A DNA stretch of 64,000 bases from Octopus sinensis. Its lineage: Eukaryota. The notes beneath the pieces are model-generated. The model did no database searches and was not told the origin of the DNA. It saw only the letters and a program-made list of their open reading frames with translations. The translations under genes and the position numbers were made by a program. The stretch is from positions 116,622,001 through 116,686,000 of the forward strand of contig NC_043000.1 of the NCBI RefSeq assembly GCF_006345805.1, given 5' to 3'. This document shows, one piece after another, positions 54,358-64,000 of this stretch; the stretch's first letter is position 1; each line of letters begins with the position of its first letter.

Positions 54358-54504
54358 AAGGCGGCGAGCTGGTAGAAACGTTAGCACGCCGGGCGAAAAT
54401 GCGTAGCCGTATTTCGTCTACCGCTACGTTCTGAGTTCAAATTCCGTCGAGGTCGACTTTGCTTTTCATCCTTTCGGGGTCGATTAAATAAGTACCAGTT
54501 ACGC
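54358..54504 (+). mobile_element. SINE family B copy (3'-truncated)
   Basis: Family B head and core; abuts the LINE fragment. Confidence 0.85.
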
Positions 54505-54979
54505 TATTTGCGTTTCCTTGGAGGTGGTCCCATTGGCCACTACTTTCTTACATCTATGCTTTGGAAAGTTATGCAGCCATTCTCCAAGTTTTCCGCATAT
54601 ACCGAGATTGTGCAGTTTGTGACATATCATACCATGGTCAACTTTGTCAGAGGCTTTTGTATAGTCGAGATATATTACATTCACGCTTAGTTGTGCCAGA
54701 CACATTATATCTGGACGAATATATGTTGGGTTTCAGTCGGCAAGTCATTTTATTCTAGGAACGTGATTAGTTTCTAGCGGACTATTCGTTCCAAGACTTT
54801 AGTGATGTGTGGCGTCAGAGAGATAGGCCTATAATTTTTAGCATCTGCTTTGCTTCCTCCCTTATGGATAGGGCATATTATCTCTTCCTTTAGTTCGTCT
54901 GGGAATTTGCCATTTGCAAGGAAGCTCTGGAAGTGAAACTGCGGTGGATTTGTAAGAGTTCACTTGCATGATTTGAGTA

Positions 54980-54985
<6 letters not shown>
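54505..54985 (-). mobile_element. Decayed CR1/L2-type reverse transcriptase fragment
   Basis: FPDELKEEIICPIHKGGSKADAKNYRPISLTPHITKVLERIVR..., then CLAQL..VNVIYLDYTKASDKVDHGMICHKLHNLGICGKLGEWLHNF; stops and frameshifts. Confidence 0.88.
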
Positions 54986-55035
<50 letters not shown>

Positions 55036-55200
55036 TATATATACATGAGTATATATATGCATATATATACATATATTATACGTTCATATATACATGTATA
55101 TATACATCTATATGTATACATATATGTATATATATATATGTACAAATATATACATATATATGTATATTCACACACATATATATATGTATATTTATACACA

Positions 55201-55615
55201 ACTTATAAACAAGGGCAAAAGAAAAAAATATTCTAATGCCAAATATGCCGAAAATAGACAAATCGTCATGACTTGCTGCTTGTTTCTTCCATGGGTATGA
55301 GTAAGTATTTCATTTATGTCTTACGTATTTATCGTTGACGAGGAGAAAATTCGTATGAATTAACTCTGAAATTGGGACCGATACGATAATAACGGAACTT
55401 TTTAGAAATTTCTGTCGGCTTATTTCGAGACGCGTATTTATAGTGTTAGATTATATGGTTATTGACAATTTGTCTATTTTCGGTATATTTGGCATTAATT
55501 TTTTTTTATTTTGCTCTTATTTATAAGTTGTTTATAAATTTAACCTTTAAATGTATTTTTTAATATGCTGGCCATTGATAAAATTTTTTCGACAAAGTTT
55601 ATCCTATATTAGATA
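55201..55615 (+). mobile_element. Penelope-like pLTR/retrozyme-like repeat with 5' inverted segment
   Basis: Homologous to 60560-60900; 55201-55263 is an inverted copy of 55468-55528; contains a hammerhead fold. Confidence 0.6.
55329..55389 (+). ncRNA. Hammerhead ribozyme candidate with C3-to-U core change (likely crippled)
   Basis: UUAUCG UUGACGA GGAG-AA-AAUUC-GUAU-GAAUU-AA-CUCU GAAA UUGG-GA-CCGA UA CGAUAA. Confidence 0.6.
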
Positions 55616-56724
55616 TATATTTATAAATATATATTTATATATACATTTACATATGCCTGTATGCATGTATGTATGCATGTATGTATGTACGTACGTGCAT
55701 ATGTATGTATGTATGTATTTCACGAAGATATTTATCTTTCAAATGTAGTGTTGCCGTCAAGGGACACATCTTGAAATAATATGTTTGAACGTTATTTACA
55801 TTAAAAGCAATTTCAAGAAGAAAAAAAACAAAAAAACAAAACAAAACAGCACATTTTTCCTTATGAGTTTAAGAATTCCTACACTTTACACCTGACTTTT
55901 AATACCAGTTTTAACATATAATTGATCATACAGCGAACGTTTTATTTTCTCATTTGCTCAAATGGTTCTCCGGAGTGTTCTTACAATAAACAACACGAAA
56001 AATATCCCCTTTGAGAAATGTACCGTTTATTTATATCAATCATTGAATTAATGTATTTTGGCGACTTTTGTGTCCACTAATTCTAATTGCTCTCTTTTCC
56101 ATGAATGTGGGGATTGGATGAATTGAGAAATGTGTATTATATATGCATGTATGGATATATAAAATTGTATACATGTCTATATTCATGAGTAAATATATAT
56201 GCACACACAGGCACACACTCACATGTATATTTATATTCATTTATATGCATACAGCTATCTATCACACTTTCATATCATACATATTACACATACATATAAT
56301 ATATATAACATACATATTATAATTATATATACATATATATATATGCAATATTATCTGCGTGATAATTTCCTAGCGTGCATTTAAAAGCTTCAATACGGTT
56401 ATCGGAGTTGCGGAGACATATGAGTGTTTCTAATCGGTTCCTTGTATCTGTCATCTGAGTTCAAATCAGGCAGAGGTTACTATTAACACTGTTCAATGTG
56501 AATTCCATACTGGAGAAGGAGCTTTGTGTTGGAGTTGTCATATGTTCGACTAGATTAAGAGTGAATGGGCCACGATAATGTGATAGCACGCAAATGAAAG
56601 AGGAACCTTATATATAAAAGAATTGAAAGAAAGTGGAGATTGGGAAGTTAATGATTGTTTATTATTAACAGCAAATTAATCATCAGCCCTTACAGCTGTT
56701 TCAATTAATACTCTGTAAATTTTC

Positions 56725-57105
56725 TTTTCTACTCTAGCCACATGGCTCGAAATATTTAGGGAGTTGGCCAGTCGATAAGACCGACCCCAAAACGCAACTG
56801 GTATTTAATTTATCGACCTCGAAAAGATGAAAGGCAATGTCGGTCTCGGTGGAATTTGAACTCAGAACGTAAAGAGAGACGAAATACTTATTTGTTTACT
56901 ACCCACAGAGAGGACAAACAAGGACAAGACAAACGGATTAAGTCGATTATATCGACCACAGTGCGTAACTGGTATTTCATTTATCGACCCCGAAAGGATG
57001 AAAAGCAAAGTCGACCTCGACGGAACTTGAACTCAGAACGTAACGGCAGACGAAATACCGCTAAGAATTTCGCCCGATGTGTTAACGAGTCTGTCAGGTT
57101 ATCTC
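56725..57105 (-). mobile_element. Two SINE B copies
   Basis: Family B motifs. Confidence 0.8.
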
Positions 57106-57443
57106 CTTAAATATTCAGTAAATATTAAGTAAATATTAAATTTATATGACCAGAGCATAATACCTACAGAGGGAAAATGAAAATACCCTAGGATGTTTTA
57201 TGCGTGTTTATGGATTCATTATAGCAGTGTGAATGATGCGGTTTATGATTTGACTGGAGGTAAGACAGAGTATGTATATCGAATTAGGAAAATGAATGAA
57301 GGAATTAAATAGAGATGATAGAGAAAATTTAAATAAAATAAGTTTATAGCTAATATTTAAATGGAATATTCGTTCATATGGTATAAATAAAGTTATGAAC
57401 ATTTTTATGCAGGTAAGCACGTATACATATACACACACATATA

Positions 57444-57823
57444 CACTTGCGTCAGAAATTAATTAGCACTTCTCAAATTTCTACATTAAATAGGTTAAAT
57501 CAATTAACCTATGAGCTGTTCAAAACGTCTTACGCGATGAGAAAACTTAGTATGGTGTGATTTCGGTCCTTGCGAGGCGCTACCTATATCTATTAAACAA
57601 AGGAAGATTTGTCTGCATCCGCACTCCAAGTTGTTGTTGCACTGCTATGTCAACATCATAAGGCTGTAGACACTCAAACTGCTCTGCAAACAAAGTTACG
57701 TCATCGTTCTGCGCAACAGTGAACTCGCAACAAAGCAATAGTTCGAGATATGGCCACTAGGTGACAGCACATACCTTAAGTGAAGAGCAAATCAAGGGTG
57801 CTAATTAATTTCTGACGGTAGTG
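57444..57823. mobile_element. Tc1/mariner-type MITE (380 bp)
   Basis: 26-bp TIRs CACTTGCGTCAGAAATTAATTAGCAC / GTGCTAATTAATTTCTGACGGTAGTG (2 mismatches), TA on both sides. Confidence 0.8.
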
Positions 57824-57939
57824 TATGTATATGTATCCGTACGTCCATGCATATACACAGAGATACACATATACTCACACATAGACATACATCTACACGT
57901 ATACACATATCCGCGCATATATATGTATATACGTACATA

Positions 57940-58343
57940 TACTCTTTACTCTTTTACTTGTTTCAGTCATTCAACTGCGGCCATGCTGGAGCACCGCCTT
58001 TAATCGAGCAACTCGACCCGGGGACTTATTCTTTTGTAAGCCCAGTACTTATTCTATCGGTCTCTTTTGCCGAACCGCTAAGTAACGGGGACATAAACAC
58101 ACCAGCATCGGTTGTCAAGCAATGCTAGGGGGACAAACACAGACACACAAACACACACACGCATATATATACATATATACGACGGGCTTCTTTCAGTTAC
58201 CGTCTACGAAATCCACTCACAAGTCTTTGGTCGGCCCGAGGCTATAGTAGAAGACACTTGTCCAAGGTGCCACGCAGTGGGACTGAAACCGGAACCATGT
58301 GGTTCGTAAACAAGCTACTTACCACAGAGACACTCCTGCGCCT
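57940..58343 (-). mobile_element. SINE family A copy
   Basis: Full-length match. Confidence 0.85.
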
Positions 58344-59759
58344 ATTTCCTTAATATTTACTGAGGATTAATTGAAACGGCTATAAGGGATGATGATTAAT
58401 TTGCTGTTAATAATAAACAATTATTGACATCCCAATTTCCATTTTTTCCTCTCTTATATAAATAAAAACTGTATGTTTTTACACAGCCACTCCTGCGCCT
58501 ATTGGCTACTATACAACATTTTCTTAAAGTAGAACTTCCATGGAGAAAGCTATTAATATCTAAAAGAAAATAAGAACTTTCTCTCATTTCTCTCGATTCG
58601 TTAACGTTCTATGAAAACACACACACACAACACACCACACACTTACACACACACACACACACACTTACACACACACACACACACACTTACACACACACAC
58701 ACTTACACACACACACAAAATTGTTTCTCCCAGATTGTGATTAATTTCATCGTTAATGATGTATCTCACTTGTAAACATATATGTATGTATATACGTACA
58801 AACATGTGTATATGTGTGTGTGTGTGTGTTTGTGTATGCGTGTGTGTTCGTGTGTGTGTGTGCGCGTGTGTGTGTGCCTCAAAGAGATTTTCTTGTAATC
58901 TGATACACCAGAAGTCAACTTAATGAACTCAAAGACTATGAGATGGGTAATAAAGTTAATTACATTTTAATGATTATAGAATATATACTGTGACGATTGC
59001 GATACATAATGTACTTTATTTTTTACATAAAAATTAGCATTAATTTTCGGTAATTTGAGAAGGATTACATACTTTCATTCCACAAATGATCGAACTTATA
59101 AACCCGGCTAAGTGATATTTTCTGTATTTGAATACATCCGGCTACCAACAAATAAATGGATTTGTCGAGGTGGCGATAGATGGACAGGAGCGTTAGGATG
59201 CTTGTAACAATGTTTAGCAAAGGCTTTTCCATATTGCTTCCGGCCCTTCCTGGGTCGATAACCCTAAGTACCAGCCAAGTTTTAAGGTCAATGTAAGCAA
59301 TTAAATCTTCCTTTAAAGTTTAGATCTTGAATCCATCTTAGAAACAATAAGAGCAGTGGACTGAGAAAATTTTTACAGCGTTGAACGAAATGCGTGGTGT
59401 TATTTTTAGGATCTGAATTCGAAACACTCTTAAATCAATTTTGCCTTTTCATTTTCTGATCGATAAAATAAATCACCTGTCATGTACAATTTATGGGATT
59501 CGGCTTAACCTCTCTCTTAAAAATCAGTTGCCCTGGGAATTACAAAAATTATCATTACCGTAAATGACAGAAGTTTTAGGGGTATTTCTTCTCATGCTTT
59601 AAATTTTGATTTCAGAAACCATAGAAGACAATTTTGCCATTCATCCGTTCGGGGTGGATAAAATAAAATACCAGTTAAATATCGGATCCGATGTAACAGA
59701 CTTGCAACTCCCCATAAAATGCTGGGCTTGTGTCGAAATTTTTAACAATTACTATTTTT

Positions 59760-59895
59760 ATCATCGCTGTTGCCATCTATATCATCATCATCGTCATCAT
59801 CGTTGTCGTCGTCGTCGTTGTCGTCGTCAACATCATCATCACCACCATCACCATCATCATCACATTCATCATCAACATTATCATCATAATCACGT
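59760..59895. repeat. Compound (CAT)/(CGT)/(CAC) trinucleotide tract
   Basis: Direct reading. Confidence 0.85.
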
Positions 59896-60300
59896 TAAGA
59901 TAATTAAAGAATTAGGATATCGTTGTGGCGACAACAACAACACAAATAATATCGGTATTTAAGGAGTGTGGGGCTCTGGTGTGTCACATGATTTAGTTTT
60001 CCCTTCCCTCTATATGTTCTCTGTGCCACCGTGGTCGATCTTGCCTCTCATACATTTGAGGTGGATAAGATAAGTACCAAGCGAAAAGACCCACGTTACA
60101 CGACAAAAACAGTGAATTTTGGGGAATAAGAGTCTGATGCTTTGGGGAAACATAAAAAGTGATGGTTCAAGAAAGTTGGTTAAAATTGACAGTAACTTTG
60201 AATAGTGCCAAATACATCCAGTTGGTTATGGAGTTCGGCCACAAAAGATGGTATCTCATACCTGTGAATATGGTGAGGGATTTGTACGCACTTCTTCCCA

Positions 60301-60910
60301 GGCATATTTGGCATTAGAATTTTTCTTCTGTCCTCATTTTGTAAATTATCTATAAATTTAACCTTTAAAGGTATTTTTTGATATGCTGGCCATTGATAAA
60401 TTTTTTTCCCGTATACATTTTTATCCTACATTAGTTATAAATTGAATAGTGTTCACTTCCGGATTCTCTCACTCGGTGAAAGTTTCTAGTACGAATCACA
60501 TGTGTCTCGGGATGTGCCGAAGATTTTCTATTTTGGATATATTTGGGGTACTTAGGACTTGGTGCTTGCTTTTTCTATGGGTATGAGTAAGTATTTCACT
60601 TATATCTTACGTATTTATCGCTGAAGAGGGGAAACTTCTTATGAATTAACCGCGAAATTGGGACCAATACGGTAATAACGGATTTTTTAGAAATTTCTAT
60701 CGGTTTGTTTCGAGATGCATAAATTATAATGGTTATTGACAATTTTTGTTTTTTTTTCGGCATATTTGGCATTAGAATGTTTCTTCTGCCCTCATTTTGT
60801 AAATTATTTATAAATTTAACCTTTAAAGGTATTTTTTGATATGCTGGCCATATAACTAATGTACGATAAAATTTTTTTCGGGAAAAATTTTTTTATCCTA
60901 CATTAGTTAT
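60301..60910 (+). mobile_element. Penelope-like pLTR/retrozyme-like unit (458-bp period, ~1.3 copies)
   Basis: GGCATATTTGGCATTAGAAT...ATCCTACATTAGTTATA starts at both 60301 and 60759; a hammerhead lies between them. Confidence 0.6.
60615..60675 (+). ncRNA. Type I hammerhead ribozyme candidate
   Basis: UUAUCG CUGAAGA GGGG-AAACUUC-UUAU-GAAUUAA-CCGC GAAA UUGG-GA-CCAA UA CGGUAA; intact core, AUA triplet. Confidence 0.72.
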
Positions 60911-60937
60911 ATATATATATATATATATCTATATATA

Positions 60938-60983
<46 letters not shown>

Positions 60984-61090
60984 AATATTAGGGAATAAAT
61001 CCAAATTTACAGGGAAAAAATCAGATTTAGGATTAAATCCAATTTTATAGTAAAATATTATTCATAATTTGAAACTGACTTATTGGAAGT

Positions 61091-61133
61091 CCACCTGAAG
61101 ATTGTCGATCAAGACAAGAAACGATTGTAGTGG
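61091..61133 (+). ncRNA. Minimal Type I hammerhead ribozyme candidate in an AT-rich element (~60981-61228)
   Basis: CCAC CUGAAGA UUGUC-GAUCAA-GACAA GAAA C-GAUU-G UA GUGG; perfect 5-bp stem II, GUA triplet, self-complementary ACGAUUGU. Confidence 0.78.
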
Positions 61134-61659
61134 CGGTTTTTTTGACTATTTATTAAAATTTTATGTATTGATTAAGTCTTTCCTTGTTTGTTTTGCAAAA
61201 TAGTGGTTTTGTCTCTAATAATATTTTATATATATATATATATATATATAAATACACACACACGCACACACACATGTATAGATATGTGTGCGTTTGAAAA
61301 CATAATGTTTGTCAATATTTTGTGAAACACAAACTAGTTGGTGGTTTGGATCGCTAATAATTAAAATGAAAACTACCAACAAATAAGCCTTAATTGGTAT
61401 CGAAAACTGAAGTTTGTTAATCTATAAAATGCAGCCATTTTATAAGACGATTCTTAGATTCTAATCACATTTAAACAAAAATACATAAATAGAATAAACA
61501 AAACTGAATAAATAGAACAAAACATTTTACCTAAATTTGAAAGTAATATAGAAACAACAATTTGATAGTGTAAAACAGATTATTTCATTATAAAATTTAA
61601 ATGTTGCACCACAGGAAGGGTCTAATCGATTAAATCCTCCCTCTCTCTCTCTCGCACAC

Positions 61660-61708
<49 letters not shown>

Positions 61709-62129
61709 AAGAGACAATCGTGCATAAACACACTCGGACAGGCCTGTGTACATTTTAGTGTATTCCCATTTGGTAATAAATCAGCTACTTGATGTGATAT
61801 ATATCTTCATTATGTCTAATTAAGTCTGAACAAATCCTAATTATAGATATAATTTTTTAGAATATTTGTCAAAGAGTTAGAGATAGACAGAGTAAGAGGA
61901 AGAGGAGAGGTGATTCGGGGATTATAAGAGAGGGAGAAAGAGAGAGACTAAATTTTAAAGAGAGATAAAGAGGACAGGAGCCAAAGAAAGACACCACAAA
62001 ATGGCTTACTATTTGTTAATCTTATCAAAATGTCTCTAGAGTTTTGAGCGAACATTTAAGTAGATAGATGCGATCGGTTTTCCTTCTACTATGACAGTTT
62101 CTAACGTTGGCATCATGGCAACGGTTAGG

Positions 62130-63172
62130 AGGAGGTGAATTGGCAAATGCTGGTCCGTTATTTTATCGAGCGGGAAACCTAAGTCAACTGTGACCTCTGC
62201 AAGATTCGAAGTCGGAACGCAAAGGACGGTAACAAAGACCGAAAAATCATTTGCCCAACGCTCTAATTAATCAGCCAATAGTTATGATAACGAGTATGAG
62301 AATACGAGGAGGGGTGTAGTCGATTACATAGATCCCAGTGTTCTATTAGCAGTTATTTTATCGACCCCATACGAGTGAAAAGTAAAGCCGACCTCGGTGG
62401 AATTTGAACACAGGGCGTAAAAACAGACGACATACCGCCAAATATGTATTCCGCTATGCTTACGGTTCACTCAGCTCGCCACCTTAAATAATATTGTTTA
62501 CAAATTTTGGCACAAGGCCAGCAATTTCGAAGGAGTGGTAAGTCGATTACATCGACCCTAGTGTTCTACTGTTACTTACTTTATCAACCCTGAAAGGGTG
62601 AAAGGCAAAGTCGACCCCGGCGTCATTTGAACTCAGAACGAAAAGGCGTGCGAAATGACGCCAAGCAATTTTTCCCTTGGGCTAACAATTCTACCAAGTT
62701 ACTGCTTTAATAATATTAATAATTATTTCTATTCTACGCACAAGGCTTTGAAAATTTTGGGGGTAAGGGAGCTAGTCGATTACATCGACCCTGGTGCGTA
62801 ACTGGTATTTATTTCTCCGACTCCGAAAGAATGGAAGCAAAGTCGACCCCGGCGTCATTTGAACTCAGAACGAAAAGGCGTGCGAAATGACGCCAAGCAA
62901 TTTTTCCCTTGGGCTAACAATTCTACCAAGTTACTGCTTTAATAATATTAATAATTATTTCTATTCTACGCACAAGGCTTTGAAAATTTTGGGGGTAAGG
63001 GAGCTAGTCGATTACATCGACCCTGGTGCGTAACTGGTATTTATTTCTCCGACTCCGAAAGAATGGAAGCAAAGTCGACCTCGGCGGAATTTGAACTCAG
63101 AACGTAGCGGCAGACGAAATAGGGCCAAGCATTTCGCTCGGCGTGATAATGATTCTACTAGCTCGCCTCCCT
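62130..63172 (-). mobile_element. Array of SINE B copies including an exact 232-bp tandem duplication
   Basis: Anchor GCAAAGTCGACC at 62605, 62837 and 63069. Confidence 0.88.
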
Positions 63173-63189
63173 TAATAAAATTAATAATA

Positions 63190-63700
63190 CTACGTGTCGC
63201 TTGAGGTGGAGGTTGTAGTGGATAGATCTATTCGGAATGGCACATGTTTGTAACTCACCTGTCGACGAGAGGCATCAAGCTCTTAGTAAAGTGCTTCAAC
63301 TCTGCATTTAGCTGAGTTATGTGCCTGGAATTGTTTAAATTATCCCCGCCCCTGTTTGTATCGTTTCGCAGATGAACCACCACCTCTCTTGTACCTCGTG
63401 AAAAGTTAGTCAATAAGCCTGGTATACGAAGATATGGCTCGCCGTGCAGACCATCCAGCCTCGGTGACTCTCTCTTCTAATCAGCTATCGCTTCTCGAAT
63501 TTTAGCAGTTATGATCATCCTTTCACAGAACTTCGCATCTCTAACTGAGAGCTATGAATGTCATTAAATCATGCTGCAAAGTCGACCTACACCAGTCTCC
63601 GACTTGCTATCTCCGCCAAACAGTTGAGGTGCAACACTTCTCTGCTTCGAATCAAGTAGCGCACTTTCTATTAAAGACTAAATTGTAGCTACCTTTTACC
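63190..63700 (-). mobile_element. Decayed L1/Tx1-type reverse transcriptase fragment
   Basis: ESPRLDGLHGEPY...RGTREVVVHLRNDTNRGGDNLNNSRHITQLNAELKHFTKSL..., then QTCAIPNRSIHYNLHL; resembles SPGLDGLP / NFRPITLLNxELKI / QTCAVPGRSIHDNLH. Confidence 0.8.
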
Positions 63701-64000
63701 AACGCTGCACTTCTACTAATTTATGCAGATCCACTCTTTATTGGTACAAATATTTAAACTTATATCTACTGAAAATTATGATGACCTAAAAAGAAGGGCC
63801 ATGCATTGATATCTCAGATTCCGCAAATAGGTAATAAATAAATAAATAAATAAACAAGTAAGTAAATAAGTGAAAAATACTGCAAGAGAACAATGCATTT
63901 TTTTTATCACAAGAATAGTTTACAAACCAGTCTAACTACCAAGCAGAAAAAAAAAACGACTAACACCGTGCGCATAAAATATCTAGACACACACACACAT

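Noticed and set aside
58355-58390. CUGAGGA-UUAAUU-GAAA-CGGC-UA hammerhead-like core
   Set aside because: No stem II, and stem III has a C-C mismatch; compatible with chance.
63259-63324. Apparent 66-nt symmetric exon on the minus strand (TTCCAG acceptor, CAG|GTGAGT donor, HITQLNAELKHFTKSLMPLVD)
   Set aside because: The same frame extends upstream and matches L1/Tx1 RT motifs, so it is part of a LINE relic. Exonisation would need RNA evidence.

Overview
Eukaryotic, AT-rich, repeat-saturated non-genic or intronic DNA. It is most likely a cephalopod (Octopus-like) genome; this is inferred from the SINE families and the extreme (TA)n/(GATA)n/(TACA)n load. I found no host gene exon I can support, and nearly all ORFs in the track are microsatellite or repeat artefacts. 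Contents: many tRNA-derived SINE copies in about 4 families; decayed LINE fragments (R4/Dong-like, CR1/L2-like, L1/Tx1-like, possibly RTE); decayed DNA-transposon fragments (mariner, a probable Chapaev-type DDE); a hAT-type MITE family with 8-bp TSDs in three architectures; several long palindromes; a 672-bp triplication; and a 21-bp minisatellite. The most notable result is four Type I hammerhead-ribozyme folds from three unrelated repeat families (49497-49546 -, 55329-55389 +, 60615-60675 +, 61091-61133 +), found by reading the sequence. Their (near-)palindromic stem-loop III is typical of Penelope-like/retrozyme mini-hammerheads. Two lie 460 nt apart on the same strand. Structures and alignments were done by eye; no database searches were run.
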